In this document: positions 48,749-58,615 of the stretch, one piece after another
Position numbering within the stretch: the first letter of the stretch is position 1
Layout: each line of letters opens with the position of its first letter
NCBI GenBank assembly: GCA_023398495.1
Contig: JAEWSG010000225.1
Location: 79,316 to 143,315, forward strand
DNA from: Bacillota bacterium
GTDB lineage: Bacteria > Bacillota > Clostridia > Acetivibrionales > Acetivibrionaceae
Length of the DNA stretch: 64,000 nt
Reading direction: 5' to 3'
Made by a program: the position numbers and the translations under genes
Notes under the pieces: generated by a model
The model's database searches: none
What the model was told of the DNA's origin: nothing
The model's input: the letters and a program-made list of their open reading frames with translations, nothing else

Positions 48749-50011
48749 TTACTCGTCTTTATTATCATTGCTTGTATCAGCATCGTCATTATTTTTGTTA
48801 TCCTCATCAAAATCGTTATCGTCAGTAAAACTTTCATCTTCATTACTGGTGTCCTCTATTGTGATTGTACCTGTTTGAGAATCATACTCAACGTCTTTAT
48901 CGAGTACGACAGCAATAAATCTTAATGGTACCATTGTCCTGTTGTTAATTGATTGTGCAGGCACATCAAGTTTCACTTCTTCACCATTTACAAGAACTAT
49001 ATCACTATCTAAGTTGATTTTAATTACTTTTTCATCTTGACCATATACAGACTTGGTAATAGTAATGGTTTTCGTTTCAGGATCCCAGTCAACATCTGCA
49101 CCAAGGGCCCCGCTAACAGCCCTTACGGGGATGAGAGTCCTGCCTGATTTTATAACAGGAGGAACATCAAATTCTACTTCTGAACCTTTGATGAATACCA
49201 TAATTGCCAGGTTATTCTTCTTTTTATTTAATTCCGAAATCATTTTTGTAAGGGCTTTTCTGGCGAATTTATCATGATGTTTGTCTTTAAGTTTGTCTTT
49301 AAAAGCTTTAAGCTGGATGTCAATATCAACATCAGCTTCTTTATCCTCTTCAACAATAATAGCACCGGTTTCTGAATCGTATTCTATTTCCTGATTTAAT
49401 GCCTGAGCGATAAATCTTATTGGCACCATGGTTCTGTTGTTGACCAGTTGGGCAGGTACATCAATTTTAGCTTCCTTACCATTTACCAATATAGTGTCAC
49501 TATCAAGTTTTAAAGTAACAACAGTTGTAGAAACTCCATAGACAGAGTCATAAACAGCTTTACTTACTGTGACTGTTTTGGTTTCAGCATCCCATTCAAC
49601 GTCTGCTCCAAGTGCGTTGGTGATGGCTCTGACAGGAATAAGTGTTCTTCCATACTTAATTACCGGGGGTACATCAAATTTAACTTCCTTATCTTTAATA
49701 AATACTGGAACAGAGTTATCATGACTTTTCCTTTTTTCTTTGATTTTGTCCTTGATTTTCTGTTTTGTATCAGAGTCTACTATAGAAGGTTTTTTATCGG
49801 ATGCGTCTTTTTGGGGCAAATCATTTTTAAGTTCATTATTTTTATGTAAATACTTACCGTTTTTGGCTGATTCGCTGGAGGATTGTTCAAAACTTGTTTG
49901 TGGGTTTTCCTTGGATTTGCCGCGATTTTCTTCATTACCTTTAGCAAAAACTGCAGGAGAGGATGATAATAACAAAAGCACCGAAACAAAACAACACAAA
50001 ATCTTTTTCAT
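48749..50011 (-). CDS. Secreted protein with two copper-amine-oxidase N-terminal-like (stalk) domains and a D/N/E-rich tail
   Basis: Signal peptide. Duplicated 'GRTLIPVRA…ALGADV(E/D)WD(A/P)ETKT(V/I)T' modules. Confidence 0.7.
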   Translation of the reverse strand: MKKILCCFVSVLLLLSSSPAVFAKGNEENRGKSKENPQTSFEQSSSESAKNGKYLHKNNELKNDLPQKDASDKKPSIVDSDTKQKIKDKIKEKRKSHDNSVPVFIKDKEVKFDVPPVIKYGRTLIPVRAITNALGADVEWDAETKTVTVSKAVYDSVYGVSTTVVTLKLDSDTILVNGKEAKIDVPAQLVNNRTMVPIRFIAQALNQEIEYDSETGAIIVEEDKEADVDIDIQLKAFKDKLKDKHHDKFARKALTKMISELNKKKNNLAIMVFIKGSEVEFDVPPVIKSGRTLIPVRAVSGALGADVDWDPETKTITITKSVYGQDEKVIKINLDSDIVLVNGEEVKLDVPAQSINNRTMVPLRFIAVVLDKDVEYDSQTGTITIEDTSNEDESFTDDNDFDEDNKNNDDADTSNDNKDE

Positions 50012-50100
50012 TTAAAAGCCTCCTTGATTATATTGTATTCTCTTTATAATATTTCGTGGACAACATGAAAAAAATTGAGGTATTTTTTAAAAAATCATGC

Positions 50101-50129
50101 TTTACAACAAAAAGGATATGTCATATAAT
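50101..50129 (+). promoter_or_regulatory. SigmaA-like promoter TTTACA-N17-TATAAT
   Basis: Read directly. Immediately followed by the LexA box. Confidence 0.5.
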
Positions 50130-50137
50130 GTATACAT

Positions 50138-50151
50138 CGAACATGTGTTCG
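50138..50151 (+). promoter_or_regulatory. Cheo-type LexA/SOS box CGAACATGTGTTCG overlapping the +1 region of the promoter
   Basis: Perfect match to the Gram-positive SOS box consensus CGAACRNRYGTTYC. Palindromic. Confidence 0.55.
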
Positions 50152-50513
50152 GTTATGTCGAGTCTGGTTTCTGAGAATTCATAGCCGAAGTTATATTTTC
50201 GGCATTCCTAAATATTGTGATCTTAAAGGAGCAAGTTTTTAAATAGTACTTACTAATTTTTCTCAAATTGCCGATAAGGCATATGAGATTTTGATATAAA
50301 GGCTCTATGGGGTGGAGATCGCAAAATTATTTTGCACTGCCGTTGTTTAAGGATGCAAATAACGGGCAGTGAATTTATGTATACATAGGGAAAGGAAGCA
50401 ACCATAACTTGATACGGATTGGATTAATTCTAAAAAAGTAAGTTTAGACGTAGATCCAGTAGAAGAGAACAAAACGGTTTTTGTTTCATATTTCAGATAG
50501 GAGGTTTTCTTTT

Positions 50514-50750
50514 ATGGGTAAGGTTTTTGTAGATGTACTTGTACAATTTACTACTGAAGGTGGAAAAGTACCTCTAGGAATTCAATGGGAAGATGGGCGT
50601 ATGTCCAGTATTGATAGAGTTATTGATGTTAGAAAAGCTGCTTCTTTAAAGGCAGGGGCAAAAGGGCTAAGGTATACGTGCCGGGTTAAAGGCAAGCAGA
50701 TGTTTTTATTCTCTGAAGATGATATATGGTATGTGGAAACTACACAATAA
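50514..50750 (+). CDS. Small hypothetical protein (78 aa), downstream of the SOS-box promoter with a roughly 360-nt leader
   Basis: The ATG at 50514 has a TAGGAGG RBS. The ORF-track start at 50481 lacks one. No domain recognised. Confidence 0.5.
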   Translation: MGKVFVDVLVQFTTEGGKVPLGIQWEDGRMSSIDRVIDVRKAASLKAGAKGLRYTCRVKGKQMFLFSEDDIWYVETTQ

Positions 50751-50851
50751 TAATGATGAATTTTCACGATAATAAATCAAGGAAATTGAAGTGCGATATA
50801 AAATCTTTATCGCGTTCAATATATATCAGAATTGTATAATGGGGGAGAAGT

Positions 50852-52135
50852 ATGAAGAGGTTATTAAGTTTATGTTTGGCATTAATATTTGCTTTGGTAG
50901 CATTTAATGGTTCCGTATCTGCACAGGATTTGAAAAAGGAAATTGGTGTATTTGTTGATGGGTTGTCTGTAGAATTCGATGTGTTTCCCGTAAACTTGAA
51001 CGGGCGTGTTCTGATTCCGTTCAGAGCTATAGCTGAAGCTTTAAACGTAGAGGTATTATGGGAAGCATCTACTAAAACAGTAACAGCATCAGATGCTGAT
51101 ACGTCTATCACACTTCAGATTGGAAATAAAACAGCTTTTAAGGATGAAGAGGCAATTATTCTGGATGTACCCCCAGAGATAGTAAATGGAAGAACCCTCA
51201 TACCTATAAGGTTTTTTAGTGAAGCTTTTGGTTGTGAAGTACTCTGGGATGGAAGTGCAAATGCTGTGAGGATAGCTTCACCTAAGAAAGCGATGGATGT
51301 ATTGGGTTTCTACGGTTTAGGTTCTGCCGAAGCCAGCAGTTGGACTGATCTGTTTGGAAAGAGTTATCCCCAAACGTCTTTGGGAAATACGGATATTGTA
51401 AGCGAACTGTCTTTTTCCTGGTACGGAATGGATGAGAAAGGAAACCTCACCCAAAACTATAAAACTGGATGGTTGAAACCGGATGGATGGGATAAGTTAT
51501 TAGTGGTGGCAAAATCATATAACCTTAAGACAGAGATGTGTATAAACATGGTAGATGGTGAAAATTATGTTACGAATTTATTAGAAAATCAGGTATCAGT
51601 ATCGAATGCCATATATAATATTGTTAATGAAGCTTCCATTTACTGTGGTGTAAATATTGATTTTGAGGGCTTAGGGCTTAGCCAGAGAGGACAGGAACTT
51701 GAAAAGGTAAAAAGCAGTTTTAATAACTTTGTTAAGCTTCTGTCGCAGGAACTCAAAAAGAAGGACTTGAGACTGACACTTTCGTTGCATGCACCAAACA
51801 GTTCCTATAAAGGTTATGATTATAAAACCCTGGGTCAACTTGCCGATAGGATAATAGTTATGGCTCATGACTATGGTATGAAACCCGAACCCGAAAGTCT
51901 TGTTATTCAAGCTATAGAGGAAGCTAAAAAAGATGTTCCGGCAGACAAGCTTTATCTGGCTGTCTCAGCAGCAAGTGAGAATGCAGACAGTATAAAAATA
52001 AAGGTTGGGATAGCAAAAATGTATGGATTAAAAGGGATTTCATTGTGGAGGCTCGGTTTAGTTTCGGATGAAATGTGGAGTGCATTGAGGGAAGTCATAG
52101 CTACAAGGCCGGTTGAAACAGAAACCATGCCTTAA
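50852..52135 (+). CDS. Secreted protein: two copper-amine-oxidase N-terminal-like domains plus a GH18 domain (YaaH/YdhD-like spore peptidoglycan hydrolase family)
   Basis: Signal peptide. 'GRVLIPFRAIAEALNVEVLWE' stalk repeats. GH18 core 'GVNIDFEGL' and 'MAHDYG'. Confidence 0.8.
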   Translation: MKRLLSLCLALIFALVAFNGSVSAQDLKKEIGVFVDGLSVEFDVFPVNLNGRVLIPFRAIAEALNVEVLWEASTKTVTASDADTSITLQIGNKTAFKDEEAIILDVPPEIVNGRTLIPIRFFSEAFGCEVLWDGSANAVRIASPKKAMDVLGFYGLGSAEASSWTDLFGKSYPQTSLGNTDIVSELSFSWYGMDEKGNLTQNYKTGWLKPDGWDKLLVVAKSYNLKTEMCINMVDGENYVTNLLENQVSVSNAIYNIVNEASIYCGVNIDFEGLGLSQRGQELEKVKSSFNNFVKLLSQELKKKDLRLTLSLHAPNSSYKGYDYKTLGQLADRIIVMAHDYGMKPEPESLVIQAIEEAKKDVPADKLYLAVSAASENADSIKIKVGIAKMYGLKGISLWRLGLVSDEMWSALREVIATRPVETETMP

Positions 52136-52168
52136 ACTGATAGTCATTTACTATTGAGAATTGTATTT

Positions 52169-52711
52169 TTAAAAAAGTAGTTTAAGGTTTTTGAAACACT
52201 CAAGCTGTTCATTATAGGGTATGACGTTTAGCCCGCTGGGGTTTGAGCACACATAATCTGTAATTTTGTCAATAAGACTTTTTTCTTGAATTCCTGTCTG
52301 CACTTTTATAGTGCTTTCAGGAATTTTCAATATATATGACGCAAAAGCTTTGTAAACCCCTATTCCGACAAAGCATACGATTTTGGGAGTTATCCTTAGT
52401 ATCAAATCCTTTAAGACAGCTGACCCTTCTCTAAACTCGCTGGAGGTGATATCTTTTGCGGATTTTGTAGTTCTTGATACGATATTGGTAGAACCATAAC
52501 CAAAGTCTAAAAGCCGCATATCTTCTTCGGGATCTAGTTTGTAGGGTGTTAACCCCGATTCGTAAAGGAGTTTCCAGAAACGGTTGCTTTTATTGGCATA
52601 ATGATGTCCTGTTGCAGCCGACAGAGTTCCGGGATTATAGCCTACAAAAAGTATATTGAGATTATCCGAAATTATATCGGGCAGAAAGCCTGACTTATCC
52701 TGATTAACCAT
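52169..52711 (-). CDS. G/U-mismatch uracil-DNA glycosylase (Mug/TDG family)
   Basis: 'ILFVGYNPG' (the GINPG-type active-site motif) and 'NRFWKLL' motif. Confidence 0.75.
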   Translation of the reverse strand: MVNQDKSGFLPDIISDNLNILFVGYNPGTLSAATGHHYANKSNRFWKLLYESGLTPYKLDPEEDMRLLDFGYGSTNIVSRTTKSAKDITSSEFREGSAVLKDLILRITPKIVCFVGIGVYKAFASYILKIPESTIKVQTGIQEKSLIDKITDYVCSNPSGLNVIPYNEQLECFKNLKLLF

Positions 52712-52770
52712 TTTACCACTCCCAAATTAATTTTTTCCTTTTGTAAAATGCTATTGCAGAATTAAGGAAA

Positions 52771-54630
52771 ATGTTTGATAATACTTATTATGTACATACA
52801 TTGCATGGAATACAAGGGGTGAGGAAAATATTCGTAAATGGAAATCTGGAATCTCTAAAGAAGTCTGTAATAGATGAATTGGAAGCACTTTCAAAAATAC
52901 AAACAGACAAAAACGATTTTGTTCCGCCGGAGCTGGCAGAGGCTATTTCCGATATCAGCAGCAGAATAAACCGTGAAATTTCCGTATTTATTGACAGGAA
53001 GGGTAATTTAGTTGATATAAGTGTTGGAGACAGTAACACGGTTGGGCTCCCTGAAGTGAACGGAAGAAGGGATAAGTCAAGACTTTCAGGTATAAGGTGT
53101 ATTCATACCCACCCAAATGGTGCCGGGATGGTTTCGCTTGTTGATATAAATTCCATGCTCAAATTACGGCTTGATGCTATGGTGGCCATTGGAGTGAAGG
53201 ATGGTAAAATAACAGAAATATTTGCTGCCATACCTCAAAAAGCAGAGGAAAATGAATTTGACAAAGCACAAGTTTATGGTCCCTTTATGGCTCAGGATAA
53301 ACGATTTTACGAGCTCTGGAGTATAATAGACGAGATTGATAAAGCAGCAAATGATACGTACTATGCAAATAAGGAAGCTGCAGAAAGGGCTATGCTTGTT
53401 GGACTTGAGACATCGACAGGAAATATTATAAATGGAAAAAGTGCAGGAGAAAGATCCCTCAATGAACTCGAAGAACTGGTTTTGACAGCTGGTGCACAGG
53501 TGGTGAAGAAAATCCTTCAAAGAAGACAGGGGATGGACTCGGCCTATTATGTAGGGAAGGGCAAATTAGAAGAAATGTGCCTTATAAGACAGGCGCTTGA
53601 TATTGATCTTATTGTTTTTGATGATGAACTTTCAGGAGCTCAGCTCAGGAATATTGAGGAACTTGTCGGTGTAAAGGTAATAGATAGAACAACACTGATT
53701 CTGGATATATTTGCACAGCGGGCAAGATCAAAAGAGGGAAAACTTCAGGTAGAACTTGCTCAGTTGAAGTATAGGATTTCAAGGCTTATCGGACTTGGAA
53801 ACCAGCTTTCGAGATTAGGTGGTGGTATTGGAACTAGAGGGCCTGGAGAAAAAAAGCTTGAGGTTGACAGGCGACACATTAGAAGAAGGATAAACTATCT
53901 TGAATTGGAGCTTAAGGAAGTTGAAAAAAGAAGAGGGGTTATCCGCAAAAGCAGGGACAAGGATTCATTACCGGTTGTTGCGTTGGTTGGTTATACAAAT
54001 GCAGGTAAGTCAACTCTTATGAATTTGCTTTGCAGGGCAGATGTGTTTGCAGAAGACAAACTTTTTGCAACATTAGATCCCACAGCCAGAAACCTTAAAC
54101 TTCCAAATGGAAGAGAAGCACTGCTCACTGATACAGTAGGATTTATCAGAAAATTGCCCCATGAACTTATTGAGTCGTTCAAGTCTACATTAGAAGAAGC
54201 TATATTTGCCGATGTACTAGTCCATGTTATTGATGTTACAAGTGACGAGGTTCATGATCAGATTGAAGTGGTCAATAATATTTTATATTCCATGGGAGCT
54301 TCAAGCAAGCCAATTGTGATGGCTCTGAACAAAGTTGATCAACTTGAGGATAGAAAAAGGGCTCCAATTGTTAATCCCAGGGGTGATGTGCTGGAAATAT
54401 CCGCCATTACCGGTGAAGGTGTTGCTGAGCTGTTGAAGGCTGTTACCGATGCAATTGGGCAGGAGGAGGAAGAGCTGGAGTTGTTTATTCCCTATCAGGA
54501 AGGCTGGGCAATACCTTATATTTACAAAAACGGAAAAATAGTCACTCAATGTCATGAGGAGACAGGCACTTTATTAAAGGCTTGTGTGTTGAAATCTAAG
54601 GTCGATTCTATTAAAAGGTTTCGGGTTTGA
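52771..54630 (+). CDS. hflX: GTPase HflX with an about 190-aa N-terminal extension carrying a JAMM/MPN+ metalloprotease motif
   Basis: HflX-N domain, G1 'GYTNAGKST', G3 'DTVGF', G4 'NKVD'. N-terminal 'HTHPNGAGMVSLVD' matches HxHx7Sx2D exactly. Confidence 0.85.
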   Translation: MFDNTYYVHTLHGIQGVRKIFVNGNLESLKKSVIDELEALSKIQTDKNDFVPPELAEAISDISSRINREISVFIDRKGNLVDISVGDSNTVGLPEVNGRRDKSRLSGIRCIHTHPNGAGMVSLVDINSMLKLRLDAMVAIGVKDGKITEIFAAIPQKAEENEFDKAQVYGPFMAQDKRFYELWSIIDEIDKAANDTYYANKEAAERAMLVGLETSTGNIINGKSAGERSLNELEELVLTAGAQVVKKILQRRQGMDSAYYVGKGKLEEMCLIRQALDIDLIVFDDELSGAQLRNIEELVGVKVIDRTTLILDIFAQRARSKEGKLQVELAQLKYRISRLIGLGNQLSRLGGGIGTRGPGEKKLEVDRRHIRRRINYLELELKEVEKRRGVIRKSRDKDSLPVVALVGYTNAGKSTLMNLLCRADVFAEDKLFATLDPTARNLKLPNGREALLTDTVGFIRKLPHELIESFKSTLEEAIFADVLVHVIDVTSDEVHDQIEVVNNILYSMGASSKPIVMALNKVDQLEDRKRAPIVNPRGDVLEISAITGEGVAELLKAVTDAIGQEEEELELFIPYQEGWAIPYIYKNGKIVTQCHEETGTLLKACVLKSKVDSIKRFRV

Positions 54631-54769
54631 AATAATTTGCCAGTATATTTCCAATACAATTGAATAAAATTTACCAATATAGTATTATAATAATATAGGG
54701 AACAGAAATAATGTATTACTCTTGTTTCTCCTATTGCAGGTTAAATTAATAATGAAAGGGGTTTTTACT

Positions 54770-55183
54770 ATGTTGGTAAAGAGCTTTACAGGCGGAGTTG
54801 TGTTCTCTGGAGATAAGGTTCTCCTCCTCAAAGATGAGGAAGGGTGGATACTTCCACGAGAAGTATTACACAATGGAGAATTGCCAAATGAAGTTGCTAT
54901 TAAAAAAGTAACTCAAGAGTCCGGAGTACAGGCTGAAATAGTTTCACCAATAGGCCAAACAAGTTACGAGTGCTTTTCCACCTCACGTCAAACACCATTC
55001 TTCAATAAAATTACCTGGTACATTATGAAATCTCAAAATGATGAAGTAAATAACGAAACTAACAAGAAAGACAGTGCTTTTGTCAGTATTGATGAAGCAA
55101 TGAATATGATGAAATATAACCAGGATAAATCGTTGGTTAATTTGTCTTTTACAAAATACAGAGAAATGGAACAATGCAGTTAA
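54770..55183 (+). CDS. Small NUDIX-like hydrolase (weak)
   Basis: 'GGVVFSGDKVLLL…GELPNEVAIKKVTQESGV' resembles a degenerate Nudix box. The ATG at 54770 has a GAAAGGGG RBS. Confidence 0.4.
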   Translation: MLVKSFTGGVVFSGDKVLLLKDEEGWILPREVLHNGELPNEVAIKKVTQESGVQAEIVSPIGQTSYECFSTSRQTPFFNKITWYIMKSQNDEVNNETNKKDSAFVSIDEAMNMMKYNQDKSLVNLSFTKYREMEQCS

Positions 55184-55235
55184 TTAAGGAAAATAAAATA
55201 GAATATTTTTAAAAACAACGGTACTTTAGACCAAA

Positions 55236-55282
55236 GTGTTTTTATTAACGAAAAGGACCATGTGTCCGTTCAACGGATTACA
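55236..55282. terminator. Bidirectional hairpin between convergent genes
   Basis: AAAGGACC…GGTCCTTT with an internal TCCGTTcaaCGGA. Confidence 0.4.
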
Positions 55283-55334
55283 GGGTCCTTTGTTTAATGA
55301 TTTTTAAATAATGTGCGATATGTTTTTTTAAGGT

Positions 55335-55931
55335 CTAAAAAATCTTTGAAAATTTGAAAGCATACTTTCCTATAACATGATCAAGAGGTATGGATCCTAT
55401 CATTCTACTATCGTAGCTGAAATTTCTGTTATCTCCCATGACAAATATTTGATTTTCAGGAACAACAACTTTTTCATTAGGGAAATAATCCATAGGTTCC
55501 TTTATGTATGACTCCTCAAGTACTGCTCCATTTCTGTACAGCTTTCCATCAATATATTCCAATGTATCCCCGGCTTTGCCTACAACTCTTTTAATCCATA
55601 AAATCTCCTGCTTTTCTTTTGTAAACCTGCTTGTAAGTGCATTATACTTAATACTGTCGGTAAAATCATCGGCAAAAGACCGTGGTCTTTTTACACGACT
55701 ATCAATAATGACTACATCGCCATAGTCAGGCTCAGAACCTAAGGTATGAATAAGTTTGTTTACCATTATCTTGTCATTTTCAAAAAACGTACCCTCCATA
55801 GAGCAACCAATGATTTGAGTTGGCTGAAAAACAAATGTATTTATAGCAAAACCGATTAGCACGGCAGAAACAATATACCCTGTCCAACTTGCAATTTCCT
55901 TTAAAACACGCTTCATAAAAAATCCTCCCAT
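55335..55931 (-). CDS. lepB: Signal peptidase I
   Basis: 'GCSMEGTF' (Ser box), 'KRVVGKAGD', 'VMGDNRNFSYDSR' boxes. Confidence 0.85.
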   Translation of the reverse strand: MGGFFMKRVLKEIASWTGYIVSAVLIGFAINTFVFQPTQIIGCSMEGTFFENDKIMVNKLIHTLGSEPDYGDVVIIDSRVKRPRSFADDFTDSIKYNALTSRFTKEKQEILWIKRVVGKAGDTLEYIDGKLYRNGAVLEESYIKEPMDYFPNEKVVVPENQIFVMGDNRNFSYDSRMIGSIPLDHVIGKYAFKFSKIF

Positions 55932-56123
55932 AAAAAATCATTCTATCAATATTATACACCATAATGGGTCAAAATCTATTAATTTTTTGTTAATTATCAT
56001 TATGGAGATTTTCTTTAATACCTATCAAATTTCTTATTATTTGTTTTATTGCTGTTAAAGTGATATGTAACAAAAAAATACATGCCTTTCTCGTACTTTG
56101 AAAGGATTAAAAAGATTTTTACA

Positions 56124-56151
56124 TTGCAAATTGGCTTTTCTGGGTTATAAT
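56124..56151 (+). promoter_or_regulatory. SigmaA-like promoter TTGCAA-N16-TATAAT. Transcript would start about 5 nt before element F2-B
   Basis: Read directly. Confidence 0.35.
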
Positions 56152-56162
56152 AAATAAGGTAC

Positions 56163-56261
56163 TTCTAAAATATAAGTCCCTACTCTGGATAACGAAAAAA
56201 CTTGATTTGATAGTGTTATCAAAATACGAGGAGTAGATGTTGTTTTTTCGTTATCCTTAAG
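56163..56261 (+). repeat. Structured intergenic element, family F2, copy B. GGATAACGAAAAAAC … GTTTTTTCGTTATCC (15-bp stem) with an alternative proximal GTTATC partner
   Basis: Aligns with 8944-9042 and 25772-25881. 34 nt upstream of the yigZ start. Confidence 0.5.
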
Positions 56262-56294
56262 ATGAATAATCTCATATTATAAAAGGTGGTTAAA

Positions 56295-56945
56295 TTGGAT
56301 AAGGAATACAAAACGGTACTAAATTCTGCGGTATGTGAAATTGAAGAAAAAAAATCCAGATTTATATCCTCTGTGAAACCGGTATCAAGCGAGGAAGAGG
56401 CTGTTTCGTTTATAAACGGATTAAGGTCAAAGTACTGGGATGCCACACATAATGTTTACGCCTATTCAATTGGAGGTAACAATATAATACAAAGGTTCAC
56501 TGATGCTGGAGAACCTTCAGGTACGGCAGGACTTCCAATGCTCGAAGTAATTAAGAGGCTGGAGGTTCAGAACCTTGCAATTGTTGTTACAAGATATTTT
56601 GGTGGAACCTTGCTTGGCAGTGCAGGGCTTATTCGTGCATATGGCAAAAGTGCTGCTAATGGAATTGAGGCCGCCGGAATTGTAATTAAAAAGCTGTGCA
56701 GGGAAGTAAGCGTAATTATCGAGTACACCTTGTTTGGCAGGGTACAAAGTCTGCTTATTTCACAAGGATATACCATTAAGGATATTGTATATGAGCAGGA
56801 TGTAGAATTGATAGTTTTTGTATTTGTAGATGAAATTGATAAATTTGTTGATATTATGGTTGAAGCAACTAATGCAAGGGCGGTTATTGAGCCCGGCGAC
56901 GATACATACATAACTTTGGATTTGGAAGGTAAACTAATTTTGTAA
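56295..56945 (+). CDS. yigZ: IMPACT-family protein YigZ
   Basis: 'KKSRFIS…HNVYAYSIG…' matches YigZ/YvyE. TTG start with an AAAGGTGG RBS. Confidence 0.8.
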   Translation: MDKEYKTVLNSAVCEIEEKKSRFISSVKPVSSEEEAVSFINGLRSKYWDATHNVYAYSIGGNNIIQRFTDAGEPSGTAGLPMLEVIKRLEVQNLAIVVTRYFGGTLLGSAGLIRAYGKSAANGIEAAGIVIKKLCREVSVIIEYTLFGRVQSLLISQGYTIKDIVYEQDVELIVFVFVDEIDKFVDIMVEATNARAVIEPGDDTYITLDLEGKLIL

Positions 56946-56962
56946 AGAGGAGAGTGGTACTG

Positions 56963-57337
56963 ATGATGGAGGAAGAAATGCTCAAAAAGAAAGTATGGGC
57001 GGTAATAGGAGCTAATAGTAATCCTGAAAAGTATGGAAATATGATTTATAAGAAGCTGAAAAACTATGGATACACAGTGTATCCTGTTAACCCAAATTTT
57101 GAGGAGATTGAAGGGGACAAGTGTTATAAGAACCTGTCTTCACTGCCCGAAACACCTGAAGTTATTGATATGGTTGTATCCCCTAAAAGAGGAAAGGAAG
57201 TAATTGAGGAAGCGGCCAAAGTCGGGGTAAAGTATGTATGGCTTCAGCCAGGAACGTATGACAATACTATAATGGATTTGATTAAAGAAAAAGGCCTAAA
57301 TGCTGTACAAGCTTGCGTCCTTGTAGCTTTAAGGTAA
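56963..57337 (+). CDS. CoA-binding domain protein (YccU-like)
   Basis: 'KVWAVIGANSNPEKYGN' Rossmann-like CoA-binding motif. Confidence 0.7.
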   Translation: MMEEEMLKKKVWAVIGANSNPEKYGNMIYKKLKNYGYTVYPVNPNFEEIEGDKCYKNLSSLPETPEVIDMVVSPKRGKEVIEEAAKVGVKYVWLQPGTYDNTIMDLIKEKGLNAVQACVLVALR

Positions 57338-57427
57338 AAGAAAGAGACATTTCTAAGAGGCTATATACTGTGCTTTTGAACATAATTCATTTCTAGAAAT
57401 GAATTATGCAAAATGCACATCCTATGT

Positions 57428-58615
57428 TTATCTGTTTATCGCAGCGGAATTTACTACTTTGATTGTGGCTCCCGCTGCGATATGATAGATTTCTGAGAAT
57501 TCTATATTTATAGCTTCTATTATCCTCAGCTGATTGTTGTGTTCGGTTTCTGGCACACAACTGACAGAATTCTCTATATGTTTTATAGGCAGAATAACGT
57601 GAAATTCACTGCCTATATTTTCTTCACTCTTTATTTTTATATTTCCTCCATGAAGCTCAACAAAAGATTTTACTATAGAAAGCCCCAATCCGCTTCCTTC
57701 TATACCTCTGGTCAAAGAACTGTCAACCTGCTGATAGCGTTCAAACACACTGTTTAGCATATGCTTGGGTATCCCAATACCTGTATCCTTTACAATAATG
57801 TGAACCTTATTATTTTTTTCTGAAATGTTTATTGATATTTTTCCTCCGGGATTTGTATACTTTATTGCATTTGATAATAAATTCAGTATTATTCTTTCAA
57901 TTTTATCAATATCCACAGAAGTAATAATTTCTTCGGACATAGTGTCAAATTCAAGAGATAATGACTTTTGTTCGGCATAGGGTATAACTGACTGTGTAAT
58001 CTCTTCAATCAGATATACGATATTGCAGCTGACCATGTTGGATTTAATATAGCCTGATTCGATGCGGCTAAGATCCAGCATATTGTTAATTAATCGCAAC
58101 AGTCTGTAACAGTTTTGCTTTATGGTTGTAATATGTTTGCTTGATTTTCTTCTATCAACTTCAATGTATGAATTTTTTTGCTCAATAAGTTGGATTGCAC
58201 CTAAAATAACTGTTAAAGGGGTTTTGAGCTCATGTGACATATTATAAAAGAACTGTGATTTTTCATTGGTACATTTAACAGTGCTATCATAAAGTGAAGC
58301 GATTTTTTCGAGAACTTTGTATTGAACATCAATTTCCTTCTGATATTTATCCAGTTCTAAATCTTCATCTCTTTCATGCTTTTTAGCATGTGAAGAGTGC
58401 CTTCTGAAGGAGAGTACATTTATGAAGAATAATACACCAAGCAGGACAACTTCTATAACTATAGTGTAAGTGAATTGTGAAAAAAATGCATGGACATTAT
58501 AGAGGCTGCATTCCTTTAAAGCAATAAAGGAGGCCAAATTTAATATTAATAGAAAAGTAATAAATATGATGTTTATAACTCTTATGTATATCTTAGAAAC
58601 CTGTTTAATGCCCAA
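57428..58615 (-). CDS. Sensor histidine kinase (two TM helices, HisKA, HATPase_c). No adjacent response regulator
   Basis: 'MSHELKTPL' H-box, 'DTGIGIP' G1, 'GSGLGLSIV' G2. Confidence 0.85.
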   Translation of the reverse strand: MGIKQVSKIYIRVINIIFITFLLILNLASFIALKECSLYNVHAFFSQFTYTIVIEVVLLGVLFFINVLSFRRHSSHAKKHERDEDLELDKYQKEIDVQYKVLEKIASLYDSTVKCTNEKSQFFYNMSHELKTPLTVILGAIQLIEQKNSYIEVDRRKSSKHITTIKQNCYRLLRLINNMLDLSRIESGYIKSNMVSCNIVYLIEEITQSVIPYAEQKSLSLEFDTMSEEIITSVDIDKIERIILNLLSNAIKYTNPGGKISINISEKNNKVHIIVKDTGIGIPKHMLNSVFERYQQVDSSLTRGIEGSGLGLSIVKSFVELHGGNIKIKSEENIGSEFHVILPIKHIENSVSCVPETEHNNQLRIIEAINIEFSEIYHIAAGATIKVVNSAAINR

